Shown: one piece after another, positions 27,578 to 36,636 of the stretch
How the letters are laid out: each line of letters opens with the position of its first letter
Numbering within the stretch: the stretch's first letter is position 1
NCBI GenBank assembly: GCA_900769075.1
Contig: CAAGFE010000111.1
Location: forward strand, 752-64,751
Reading direction: 5' to 3'
DNA length: 64,000 bases
From: Clostridia bacterium
Lineage (GTDB): Bacteria; Bacillota; Clostridia; Christensenellales; Aristaeellaceae
Translations under genes and position numbers: made by a program
The notes under the pieces: generated by a model
The model's input: only the letters and a program-made list of their open reading frames with translations
Database searches by the model: none
What the model was told of the DNA's origin: nothing

Positions 27578-29332
27578 ATGAACGAAGCCCTGCGCATGGA
27601 ATATCCCCGCCCCGACCGGGTTCGCGGAACCTGGTGTACCTTGAACGGCCAGTGGGGGTTTGCCTTCGACCCTGAAAAGGTCGGCAAAAAGGAAAAGTGG
27701 TACCGCAAGCTGCCTGCCACCCACACGATTGAGGTGCCCTTCTGCTACCAGAGCAAGCTGAGCGGCATCAACAGCCAGGAGCATTGCGACGTGGTGTGGT
27801 ACGCCCGGAAGATCACCGTCCCGGCAGATATGACCGCCCGCCGCCTGCTCCACTTCGGCGCGGTGGATTACATCGCTGACGTCTGGCTGGACGGCCAGTA
27901 TCTGGGTGGGCACGAGGGCGGTTACACCCCCTTCACCTTTGATGTGACCGATCTGACCGAGGCCGGCGGCGAGTACACGCTGACCGTCCGCGCGGAGGAT
28001 CGGCTGGACTTCGATCAGCCCCGCGGCAAGCAGTCCTTCCGGCCCGAGCCCTTCGAGTGCTGGTATACGCCCGTCACCGGTATCTGGCAGAGCGTCTGGC
28101 TGGAAGGCGTGGGCGAGTTCTATCCCGTGGACTTCCGCCTCACCCCCTGCCTGGAGCGCGCCAGCGTGAAGGTGGAGGTGTACCTCAACGAGCTGCCCAA
28201 GGACGGCGCGATCCGGCTGACTGCCTCCTACCAGGGCGACGTGGTGGCTGTGAGCGACGTGAAGGTGCTCTCTGACCGCTGCGTGCAGACGGAGCTCTTC
28301 CTGCGCCACAATGAGCGGCTGGAGGGCATCCACATGTGGTGGCCCCATGATCCCCGCCTGTACGATCTGACCCTCGAGACCCTCGTGAACGGCGAGGTGC
28401 AGGATCGGGTGGACACCTACTTCGGCATGCGGAAGGTCGAGGCGGTGAATGGCAAGATCCTGCTGAACAACCATGTGCTGTACCAGAAGCTGATCCTGGA
28501 TCAGGGCTACTGGCCCGACGGGCTGCTGACCGCCCCCAGCGACGATGCGCTGCGCAGGGATGTCGAGCTGACGAAGGCCATGGGCTACAACGGTGCCCGA
28601 AAGCATCAAAAGTTTGAAGATCCCCGCTATCTGTACTGGGCCGATAAGCTGGGCCTGCTGGTCTGGGGCGAGCTGCCCAGCGCCTACTGGCTGCGTGACA
28701 GCGAGAAGCGCAACATGATGCGTGACCTCTCCGAGGCCATCAAGCGCGACTACAACCATCCCTGCCTGATCGCCTGGGTGCCGATCAATGAGAGCTGGGG
28801 CGTGCCCTACATCCAGACCCAGGTGGAGGCCCAGGAGCTGTCCGACGCCCTTTATCACATGACCCACAGCCTGGACGGCACCCGTATCGTCTCCGGCAAC
28901 GACGGCTGGGAGCAAGCTTCCACCGATCTGCTGACTGTGCATGACTACACCGCCTGGCCGGAGCAGCTCAGCCCTGAATACGGCAGCGTGGATACCATCT
29001 GTGACGGCAATCCCGGCTCCGGACGCATCGTGACGGCATGCGGCTATGACCATCGCGGCAAACCCATGCTGATCACCGAGTACGGCGGCATTGCCATGGC
29101 GAAGGACTCCGAGGGCGGCAACTGGGGCTATAACGGCGCGGCGAAGGACGAGGCAGCCTTCCTCCAGCGCTTCGAGGCCATCACCCAGGCCTTCAAGCAT
29201 ATGCCCGGCTTCGTGGGCTACTGCTACACCCAGCTGACGGACGTGTTCCAGGAGGTCAACGGATTGCTGGATATGGATCGCAACCCCAAGGCGAGCATCG
29301 ACGAGATCCGCCGTATCAACAGCCAGCGTTAA
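27578..29332 (+). CDS. GH2 family glycoside hydrolase, beta-glucuronidase(GUS)-like architecture, cytoplasmic, 584 aa
   Basis: LNGQWGFAFD...HEGGYTPFTFDVTDL sugar-binding domain. NHPCLIAWVPINESWG (acid/base Glu region). ITEYGG (nucleophile Glu region). No signal peptide. Confidence 0.75.
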   Translation: MNEALRMEYPRPDRVRGTWCTLNGQWGFAFDPEKVGKKEKWYRKLPATHTIEVPFCYQSKLSGINSQEHCDVVWYARKITVPADMTARRLLHFGAVDYIADVWLDGQYLGGHEGGYTPFTFDVTDLTEAGGEYTLTVRAEDRLDFDQPRGKQSFRPEPFECWYTPVTGIWQSVWLEGVGEFYPVDFRLTPCLERASVKVEVYLNELPKDGAIRLTASYQGDVVAVSDVKVLSDRCVQTELFLRHNERLEGIHMWWPHDPRLYDLTLETLVNGEVQDRVDTYFGMRKVEAVNGKILLNNHVLYQKLILDQGYWPDGLLTAPSDDALRRDVELTKAMGYNGARKHQKFEDPRYLYWADKLGLLVWGELPSAYWLRDSEKRNMMRDLSEAIKRDYNHPCLIAWVPINESWGVPYIQTQVEAQELSDALYHMTHSLDGTRIVSGNDGWEQASTDLLTVHDYTAWPEQLSPEYGSVDTICDGNPGSGRIVTACGYDHRGKPMLITEYGGIAMAKDSEGGNWGYNGAAKDEAAFLQRFEAITQAFKHMPGFVGYCYTQLTDVFQEVNGLLDMDRNPKASIDEIRRINSQR

Positions 29333-29403
29333 GTGAATCTTTCCAGCGCGAACAGCCTGCAGCATTAGAGGTCTGTTCGCGCATTTTTTACGGAGGTATG
29401 TGT

Positions 29404-31584
29404 ATGAGTATTCAGACGGTGCGGAATCCATATGCGCTGACCGATTTGTGGGATGGCCGGGAAATCGGCGATCCCTTCCTGATGCGCCACGACGGACGTT
29501 TCTACCTCTACTGCTCCAGCCACAGCCTGGAGCCGGGGATCAAATGCTGGGTCAGCGATGATATGATCCACTTTGATTATCAGGGCTTTGTCTGCGTGGA
29601 TGCGCGCACCATCGGCGCCTATGCGCCGGAGGTGATGTACAATGCGGGGAAATTCTGGATGGTCACCTCCCCCCGCGGCAGCGGGCATTATCTGCTTCGT
29701 TCCGACAGTCCCCTGGGGCCCTTTGAGGTGGTCAGCGATAACCTGGGCGTGGGCATTGACGGCAGCCTCTTTGTGGATGACGATGGGCGCAGCTGGTTCT
29801 ACCGGGCCAGCCATCAGGGCATCCGCGTGCATGAGATGCCCTCCCCCGATGAGATTGACGTGCGCTCCAGGCCCATCGAAGCCAGCTGGCTGGGCCACTG
29901 GACAGAGGGCCCCCAGGTCATCAAGCGGGACGGACGCTATTTCCTGACCGACACGGGCAACCATGTCTGCTGCCGGGGATACCATGTGAACTACACCGTG
30001 TCCCATGAGGGCGCGGACCGGGGCTACCGGCGGCTCCGTGACGATGTGCTCCTCCTGGAAACGCGGGATGAATACCATGCCCTGGGGCATTCCTCCACCT
30101 GCGTCGGCCCGGATATGGATACCCTGTACATCGTTTATCACAAGAACATCATCGGCGAATACAACAATCCGCTCCACCGATCGCTGTGTATGGACAGGCT
30201 GTTCTTCAACGGCGATCGCATGTATACCAATGCCACCTGGTGGCATCAGCCCGCGCCGCGCCAGCCGCTGTGCGTCAGCCGGGACGGCGAAGGCCTGACG
30301 GACGGTCTGCTCCCTGCGATCGCGCCGGATACCTACACGGCGGAAATCAATGTGTGCCTGACGGAGGCGGAAGGCAGCGTGCGTTTCTCCGGTGAAACGC
30401 TGGTCATCCGCAGGGACCGCCGCTGGACGCTCTCCACCGGCGAGAGCGGCACGTTCCCGCCCAATGTGGCGACGGATGCGCTCATCACCATCAAGGTCAG
30501 CCTGCACAAGGGGATGCTGGTGCTGTGCGTCAACGGCATGGAGTTCCTGCGCAGGCAAACCGGCCTTGGCGGCGGGAGGATCGGTGTGGGAAGGGGCTGC
30601 GCACCGTCCTTCATCGGCTTCTCGGAGGTGGCCCAGGGCAGCGAGGATCACCGCGCGCCCAAATCCGTCCCCGGTGCCTTCGATGCGGTGCACTTGAGCC
30701 GGTGCGCTGAAACCGCGGAGGGCGAAACCGGATGCAAGGCCCTGGTGCTGCGGCCCGGACAGACGGCTGCTTACGCGCTGAACGTGTGGAAAACCCGCCG
30801 CTATCACCTTGGCATGACCACGAAAGCCGGGGATGCTCCCGTCACGCTGATCGTGAACGGTCAGCCCATGACCGCCCAGCCCACCGGTGCCGGGACAGAG
30901 GATGGCATGGAGAAGCTGTATTTCGGCACCATCGAGCTGGCAGCCGGGATGCAGACCCTGACCATCGGGGCGGAGCATGCCATCCTGATCGACCGCATCT
31001 TCCTCACCGAGGCGGACGAATTTACGCCCGCCGTCATCATCGACAAGGGCGAGGACGTCACCGGGGGCGCGCTGCATGTGATCGGCCACAAGCAGCAGGC
31101 CAGCATGCACCGCAAGTTCTGCGGCTACACGGCGGCTGAAGGCTACGGGGAAGCATGGTTCGGCGGGAAGGGCTGGAATGGCGACAACTGGCGGGACTGT
31201 GCGCTGCACATGGTCATCAACTGCAAGCCCTGCGCGCCGGAAGCCCGTATCAGCGCGTATATCCGTTCCAGCCGGGAAACATGGCATCCCGATCAGGTGG
31301 CGGCGTCCCGTTTTGCCTATGCGGTGCATATCACCGAGAACAGCATCCGCCTGTGCAAGCAGGCATACGGCGAAACCGTGCTGGCTGAATCCCCCCTCAC
31401 GATGCCCTGGGGCAGCCGGATGAAGCTGACGCTGCGGGCCCAGGGGAGCCGCATCACCGTGGAGGGCGACAACGGCATCCTGCTGGCATATGTGGATCCC
31501 ATGCCGCTGATCGCCGGCCGCGTGGGGATCAGCGCCCACACGGACGGCCTGGGCTTTGAGTCGCTGTACGTCAGCGAGGAATGA
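29404..31584 (+). CDS. Cytoplasmic GH43 family glycoside hydrolase with C-terminal extension, third paralog, 726 aa
   Basis: MSIQTVRNPYALTDLWDGREIGDPFLMRHDGRFYLY, YAPEVMYNAGKFWMVTSP, WTEGPQVIKRDGRYFLTDTGNH. No signal peptide. GGAGG RBS is 7 nt before ATG 29404; the track ATG at 29398 is too close to the RBS. Confidence 0.75.
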   Translation: MSIQTVRNPYALTDLWDGREIGDPFLMRHDGRFYLYCSSHSLEPGIKCWVSDDMIHFDYQGFVCVDARTIGAYAPEVMYNAGKFWMVTSPRGSGHYLLRSDSPLGPFEVVSDNLGVGIDGSLFVDDDGRSWFYRASHQGIRVHEMPSPDEIDVRSRPIEASWLGHWTEGPQVIKRDGRYFLTDTGNHVCCRGYHVNYTVSHEGADRGYRRLRDDVLLLETRDEYHALGHSSTCVGPDMDTLYIVYHKNIIGEYNNPLHRSLCMDRLFFNGDRMYTNATWWHQPAPRQPLCVSRDGEGLTDGLLPAIAPDTYTAEINVCLTEAEGSVRFSGETLVIRRDRRWTLSTGESGTFPPNVATDALITIKVSLHKGMLVLCVNGMEFLRRQTGLGGGRIGVGRGCAPSFIGFSEVAQGSEDHRAPKSVPGAFDAVHLSRCAETAEGETGCKALVLRPGQTAAYALNVWKTRRYHLGMTTKAGDAPVTLIVNGQPMTAQPTGAGTEDGMEKLYFGTIELAAGMQTLTIGAEHAILIDRIFLTEADEFTPAVIIDKGEDVTGGALHVIGHKQQASMHRKFCGYTAAEGYGEAWFGGKGWNGDNWRDCALHMVINCKPCAPEARISAYIRSSRETWHPDQVAASRFAYAVHITENSIRLCKQAYGETVLAESPLTMPWGSRMKLTLRAQGSRITVEGDNGILLAYVDPMPLIAGRVGISAHTDGLGFESLYVSEE

Positions 31585-31649
31585 GCGGAAACGGCTGAGC
31601 CCCTTCTTCCCGGGAGCGGCTTGGGCCGCTGCGAAACCGAACAGAAAAG

Positions 31650-31699
31650 GGCCGGTGCTTTGCGGTTGATTCAAAGCACCGGCCTTCTTCTGTTTTGTG
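31650..31699. terminator. Bidirectional rho-independent terminator between convergent genes (13-bp perfect stem GGCCGGTGCTTTG/CAAAGCACCGGCC, A-tract 5' and T-tract 3')
   Basis: Stem at 31650-31662 and 31672-31684. Preceded by gaacagaaaag and followed by ttcttctgttttgtg. Confidence 0.75.
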
Positions 31700-31743
31700 A
31701 ATGAAACCTTGGCATCCCTGCCAGGCCATGGTTCGTTTGTCCG

Positions 31744-32451
31744 TTATTTCAGCTCGAACACGATGGTCACGCTGGCGCTGACGGAGGTGTCGTCCGGGAT
31801 GATGCTGTTGCCCACGGCGTCCGCGCTCAGCTTGGAGGCGTAGGTGCGGGTGCTGACGCTCCAGGACGCGGTGCTCTCGCTGATGGACACGATGCCGCCC
31901 AGCTGGAGGCCGGCTGCATCCGCCAGGAGCCTGGCGCGGCGCATCGCATCCTCCACGGCATAGCCGGTGGCTTCATCCTGGGCTGCGTCCGCGTTGGTGG
32001 ACAGGAAGCGGATGTTGTAGATGTTGTTGGCGCCGGCGTCGGTGGCCTTGTCCAGGGTCGCGCCGATGTGCTCCATGTCGCGGATGATGACCGTCAGCTG
32101 ATTGGTCACGTTGTAGCCCGTCAGCTTCTGCCCGCCAAGGGAGGAATAGTCGTACTGCGCATTGACGGAATAGCTGCTGGTGGCGATGTCCTCCTCCGCG
32201 ATCCCGACGGCCTTCAGCGCCTCAATCACGGCATTGATGCTGACGGTGTTCTGCCGGGAGGCGGCCTCCACGGTCTTGTCGGTGGTGGAAACGCCGATGC
32301 TGATGCAGGCATAATCCGCCTTGAGGGTCACGGTGGCGCTGCCGGTCACGGAGATGGTCGCACCCTCCGCCACGGAAGCAGGCTCCTCCGCCAGGGCGAA
32401 GCAGGGCAGGAACAGCGCCAGGATCAAACACAGCGCGAGACATTTTTTCAT
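31744..32451 (-). CDS. SIMPL domain (DUF541) secreted protein, 235 aa
   Basis: Signal peptide MKKCLALCLILALFLPCFALA. SIMPL-like alternating beta-strand pattern (VTLKADYACISIGVST...). Overlaps the upstream anti-sigma stop by 4 nt. Confidence 0.6.
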   Translation of the reverse strand: MKKCLALCLILALFLPCFALAEEPASVAEGATISVTGSATVTLKADYACISIGVSTTDKTVEAASRQNTVSINAVIEALKAVGIAEEDIATSSYSVNAQYDYSSLGGQKLTGYNVTNQLTVIIRDMEHIGATLDKATDAGANNIYNIRFLSTNADAAQDEATGYAVEDAMRRARLLADAAGLQLGGIVSISESTASWSVSTRTYASKLSADAVGNSIIPDDTSVSASVTIVFELK

Positions 32452-33581
32452 TTAGAATTCCTCCTTTTGATGAGCTTGATGATGATGACCACGATCACCA
32501 CAATCAGGATGAAGGGCAGTGCAGCCACCAGGAACACCGCCATGTCGCCGAGGAAGTTCACCAGGCACTCCCAGCCAACCTGAATGGCGGATACGACGCG
32601 CTCCCCGAAGGAAACGGTGGTTTCGGTCAGCGGAGCGGTCTTTTCCTCCTTCAGCGTGATGCTGACGGTGGAATAGTCCACCTTGCGGTCCGTGGCGTTG
32701 AGCGAGGACTGCAGGGTGTCAATCTGATACTGGGTGTCGGCAATCTGGTTTTCCAGCGCCAGCAGGTCGGAGAGATCGGCGGATTCGGTGATCAGCGCCT
32801 GCAGGCGATCCATCAGGGCCAGCTGGGTGTTCAGGCGGGTGCGGGTATCCTGGTAGGACGCGGTCACATCCTGGGAAGATTCGGAGCGGGAGGTGGTGCG
32901 GCCCAGGCTTTCCGTTCCGGCGAGATAATCGTCCAGCATGCTCTGGGGGATGCGCAGCGTCAGGTAAGCGGTGCGCAATCCGGAATAGCTGTTCACGTTT
33001 TCGGACAGGGACTCAATCCAGCCGCCCTTCCCTTCGCAGGAGGCCTTCAGGGCGTTCAGGCTGTCCTCGAAGGTCTGGGTGGTGATGGTCATGCTGGCGG
33101 TGCGGATGATCTTCTTCTCCGCGGCTGCGGCCAGGGGATCGCCGGCATCGTCCTCAGCCATCCTGCTCCGGGCCGCGGTGCCCGTCCCCTGGTCAGCGCC
33201 GTAGGCTGTAGCCGCATACTCCTCAACGGCGTAGTCTTCCGCCGCGTCCTTCATGTAGTCGTAGAGGCCATCGTTGGCAACGGCGGTGCTCATCAGGGAG
33301 TAGCCAGCGTCGGATTGGTTGGCGGACTTGCGGGGCAGAGCCGCGTCCAGTCCGTCCCTGGTCAGCAGCGTGCCGCCGACGACGAATACCAATGCCGCCG
33401 CGACGCTCAGGAAACGGGTGACGCCTCTGCGGGTACGGGTCTTTTCAATGCGGGTTTCTGTCATATCCTCCTCCACCTTCTGCATCCAGGCGGCGTGAAG
33501 CTGCTCCGGCATGGGCGGAACATCCTCGTTCAGCCTGGACAGCGCGTCCCGGAGGACTTCGTTTTCATGGATATCAGGCAT
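32448..33581 (-). CDS. Anti-sigma factor-like membrane protein: cytoplasmic N-terminus + single TM + extracellular coiled-coil domain (DUF4349-like), 377 aa
   Basis: Operonic, with an 8-nt overlap onto the ECF sigma gene. TM segment FLSVAAALVFVVGGTLL plus a C-terminal TM. Architecture is typical of ECF anti-sigma factors. Confidence 0.55.
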   Translation of the reverse strand: MPDIHENEVLRDALSRLNEDVPPMPEQLHAAWMQKVEEDMTETRIEKTRTRRGVTRFLSVAAALVFVVGGTLLTRDGLDAALPRKSANQSDAGYSLMSTAVANDGLYDYMKDAAEDYAVEEYAATAYGADQGTGTAARSRMAEDDAGDPLAAAAEKKIIRTASMTITTQTFEDSLNALKASCEGKGGWIESLSENVNSYSGLRTAYLTLRIPQSMLDDYLAGTESLGRTTSRSESSQDVTASYQDTRTRLNTQLALMDRLQALITESADLSDLLALENQIADTQYQIDTLQSSLNATDRKVDYSTVSITLKEEKTAPLTETTVSFGERVVSAIQVGWECLVNFLGDMAVFLVAALPFILIVVIVVIIIKLIKRRNSK

Positions 33582-34188
33582 GGATTTGTCCTCCTTTCAC
33601 TTTGTCAGACGCGGAAAACGGCGGATTGTTCCCGGGTTGGGCCAGAAAAGCTGCGATTTTCTGCCGCGCCCGGTTGAGGCGGCTCTTGACCGTGCCGACG
33701 GAGGTTTTCATCACATCGGCAATTTCCTCGTATCCCAGGCCCTGCAGCGCGTACAGGATGATGACCGTGCGCATGTCGCCGGGCAGGGAATCAATGGCGG
33801 CGCGGATGTTTTCGGCGGATTCCGCCTTCAGGACGGCCTCGTCCGGGGTGGGGGCGGTGTCCACCGGCGCAAAACCGTCCTCCGCCAGCTCATCGGCGGA
33901 TTCGGTGGGGGGCAGGCGCTTCTGTTTGCGCAGGAAATCCAGGCAGACCGTGGCGGCGATGCGGTACAGCCAGGAGGAAAAGGCGCATTCCCCCCGGTAG
34001 CTTCGGATGGCCCGCCAGGCCTTGAGCATGGTTTCCTGCAGGCAGTCCGCCGCGTCCTCCTGGTGGTGGGTATAGTGCCAGCACACGCGCCACAGCATCT
34101 GCTCATGGGGGGTGACAAGCCGCTCGAAGGCCTGCGCATCCCCCTTCTGCGCGCGCACCAGGGTCAAATCGGTGATCATGCTTCTTCC
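33574..34188 (-). CDS. RNA polymerase sigma-70 factor, ECF subfamily, 204 aa
   Basis: MITDLTLVRAQKGDAQAFERLV...YRIAATVCLDFLRK (region 2) ...GLGYEEIADVMKTSVGTVKSRL (region 4 HTH). GAGGGAAG RBS before ATG 34188. The track ORF start at 34254 is probably too long. Confidence 0.75.
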   Translation of the reverse strand, partial: GRSMITDLTLVRAQKGDAQAFERLVTPHEQMLWRVCWHYTHHQEDAADCLQETMLKAWRAIRSYRGECAFSSWLYRIAATVCLDFLRKQKRLPPTESADELAEDGFAPVDTAPTPDEAVLKAESAENIRAAIDSLPGDMRTVIILYALQGLGYEEIADVMKTSVGTVKSRLNRARQKIAAFLAQPGNNPPFSASDKVKGGQIHA

Positions 34189-34374
34189 CTCGCTTTCGCA
34201 TGGGGCGATTCTGCCAAGCATCCGCCGGAGGACACTGGCAGGGTGATTCTTCATATAGGACGGTTCATCGGATGATTTTGTTCCCTCTGGCGGGAAATTT
34301 CTTCTTCCTCATTATAGCATAGCTCACGCCGAAAGAAAACCTGTATCCGGGACGAATAGGAAAACGAAATTTTG

Positions 34375-34401
34375 TTAGCACTCTCGGTCGATGAGTGCTA
34401 A
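34375..34401 (+). promoter_or_regulatory. CIRCE element (HrcA operator) TTAGCACTC-N9-GAGTGCTAA upstream of htpG
   Basis: Exact match to the CIRCE consensus inverted repeat: ttagcactc tcggtcgat gagtgctaa. Confidence 0.85.
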
Positions 34402-34409
34402 TTTTCTCT

Positions 34410-34437
34410 TGCATTTCGGGAAAACTGGTGGTACAAT
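34410..34437 (+). promoter_or_regulatory. Putative htpG promoter (-35 TTGCAT, 17-nt spacer, -10 TACAAT)
   Basis: cTTGCATttcgggaaaactggtggTACAATatc lies immediately downstream of the CIRCE element. Confidence 0.45.
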
Positions 34438-34501
34438 ATCCCCTGTGATCAGCGAATCACAGAAAAATCATCTGCAATCTGTTACCAGGAGGTACTTATT
34501 G

Positions 34502-36388
34502 ATGGCTATCAACATGGAAAAGGGTTCCGTATCCATCGACGCGCAGAATATTATGCCCGTCATCAAGCGCTGGCTGTATTCCGACCAGGACATCTTCCTG
34601 CGGGAGGTGGTGTCCAACGCCTGCGACGCGATCACCAAGTTCCGCATGAAGTACGGCACGGAGGAGGAGATGCAGGTTCTCGTCACCGTGGACAAGGAGA
34701 ACAAGACCATCACCATCTCCGATACCGGCATCGGCATGACCGCCGACGAGGTGCGCCGCTATATCAACCAGGTGGCGTTCTCCGGCGCGAGCGAGTTCAT
34801 GAAGAACTTTGAGGGCGATGAGAAGAAGGGCGACATCATCGGTCACTTCGGCCTGGGCTTCTACAGCGTGTTCATGGTGAGCGACAAGGTCGAGATCGTC
34901 ACCCTGTCCGCCGAGGAGGGCGCGGAAGCGGTGCATTGGGTCTCCGAGGACGGCATGTCCTTTGAAATGGAGGCGGGTGAACGTGCTTCCCACGGCACCG
35001 ACATCATCCTGCACATCAGCGAGGACGCGAAGGAATTCCTCGAAATGTACCGCGTGCGCGAGGTATTGACCCGCTACTGCGGCTACATGGCCTACCCCGT
35101 GAACCTCTTTGACGCCAACGCCAAGCCCTTCGAGCGCGAGGAGGAGGTGGAGGGCGAGACCGACGCGGACGGCAAGCCCCTCAAGCGCAAGGTCATGGTG
35201 GATCCCAAGCCCAGCCGCATCAACGAAACCGCGCCCCTGTGGCTGAAGAAGCCCTCCGAGTGCGAGGAGCAGGAGTACATCGACTTCTACCACAAGATGT
35301 TCGGCTACGAGGATCCGCTGTTCTGGGTGCACCTGAACGTGGACTACCCCTTCAACCTCAAGGGCATCCTCTACTTCCCCAAGCTCAAGAACGAGTTCGG
35401 CGCCAACGAGGGCCAGGTGAAGCTGTTCTCCGGTCAGGTATTCGTGGCGGACAATGTCAAGGAGGTCATCCCCGAGTTCCTGATGCTGCTCAAGGGCGTG
35501 ATCGACTGCCCCGATCTGCCGCTGAACGTCAGCCGTTCCTTCCTGCAGAACGACGGCACGGTCAAGAAGCTTTCCGCCCACATCACCAAGAAGGTGGCGG
35601 ATCGCCTGGTCGGCCTGTTCAACACCGAGCGCGAGAGCTACGAGAAGTACTGGGATGACATCAACCCCTTCGTCAAGTTCGGCTGCATGAAGGACAGCAA
35701 GTTCTACGAGGCGGTCAAGAAGGCGCTGCTGCTCAAGCTGACCGATGACCGCTATGTCACCTTCACCGAATACCGGGACGCCAACGGCGAAAAGGCCGAC
35801 AAGAAGATCTTCTACACCAACGATCCCAAGCGCCAGGCCGCCAGCGTCGCCATGTACACCAGCCGCGGCATTGACGTGGCGGTGATGGATCACATCATCG
35901 ACGCCAACTTCCAGTCCTTCATGGAGTATTCCGGCGGGGACGACGCGGTGACCTTTGCCCGGGTGGACGCGGATGTGTCCGGCCTGACGGAGGAGTCCGA
36001 CGAGGGCGCAAGCCTGGATCAGGCCAAGCTGGCGGAGATGTTCCGCAAGGCCCTGGGCCAGGAGGAGCTGCCCGTGGAGCTGTCCGCCCTGGCGGATGCC
36101 GAGCTGCCCGCCATCGTCACCGAGGATGAGCAGATGCGCCGCATGAAGGATATGTACCGCATGTATGGGCAGAATTTCATGATGCCCGACCGGTACACCC
36201 TGGTGCTGAACCGCCGCAACGCCACCGTCCAGGCCCTGGCGGAGCGCGACCCGGAGGACGAAACGACGGCGATGCTCTGCCAGCAGCTCTACGACCTGGC
36301 CCGGATGTCCGCCAAGCCCCTGGAGGCGGAGGAAATCACCGAGTTCCTCAAGCGCAGCCAGAAGCTGGTCGCCATGGCCGTCAAATAA
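34502..36388 (+). CDS. htpG: Molecular chaperone HtpG (Hsp90 family), 628 aa
   Basis: ...IFLREVVSNACDAITKFR... (GHKL ATPase N-box) and GIGMTADEVRRYINQVAFSGASEF. AGGAGG RBS 10 nt before ATG 34502. Confidence 0.9.
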   Translation: MAINMEKGSVSIDAQNIMPVIKRWLYSDQDIFLREVVSNACDAITKFRMKYGTEEEMQVLVTVDKENKTITISDTGIGMTADEVRRYINQVAFSGASEFMKNFEGDEKKGDIIGHFGLGFYSVFMVSDKVEIVTLSAEEGAEAVHWVSEDGMSFEMEAGERASHGTDIILHISEDAKEFLEMYRVREVLTRYCGYMAYPVNLFDANAKPFEREEEVEGETDADGKPLKRKVMVDPKPSRINETAPLWLKKPSECEEQEYIDFYHKMFGYEDPLFWVHLNVDYPFNLKGILYFPKLKNEFGANEGQVKLFSGQVFVADNVKEVIPEFLMLLKGVIDCPDLPLNVSRSFLQNDGTVKKLSAHITKKVADRLVGLFNTERESYEKYWDDINPFVKFGCMKDSKFYEAVKKALLLKLTDDRYVTFTEYRDANGEKADKKIFYTNDPKRQAASVAMYTSRGIDVAVMDHIIDANFQSFMEYSGGDDAVTFARVDADVSGLTEESDEGASLDQAKLAEMFRKALGQEELPVELSALADAELPAIVTEDEQMRRMKDMYRMYGQNFMMPDRYTLVLNRRNATVQALAERDPEDETTAMLCQQLYDLARMSAKPLEAEEITEFLKRSQKLVAMAVK

Positions 36389-36441
36389 TCCATTGAAATT
36401 AGGACGCTGTTCCCTCTCCGGAGCAGCGTCCTTTTCTGCGT

Positions 36442-36636
36442 CTATTCAAACAGCGTGCAGCCCATCTCGCGGAACTCTGCGGCCTTCTGCCTGAGTACCT
36501 CCACCGTCACGGCGAAATGCGCCGCCATGCAGCCGTAGCACAGGAATTCCGCCGCGCCCCGGTTGATGAGCTTCTTCGTCAGACCGACCTCGTCCCGGGT
36601 GAGGTCAGCCCCGCATTGACGGCAATGCTCAGGCAT
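36442..36636 (-). CDS. Small CxxC...CxxC zinc-ribbon-like protein, 64 aa, translationally coupled to the GH27 gene (8-nt overlap)
   Basis: MPEHCRQCGADLTRDE...EFLCYGCMAAHF. Start overlaps the GH27 stop. Confidence 0.45.
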   Translation of the reverse strand: MPEHCRQCGADLTRDEVGLTKKLINRGAAEFLCYGCMAAHFAVTVEVLRQKAAEFREMGCTLFE

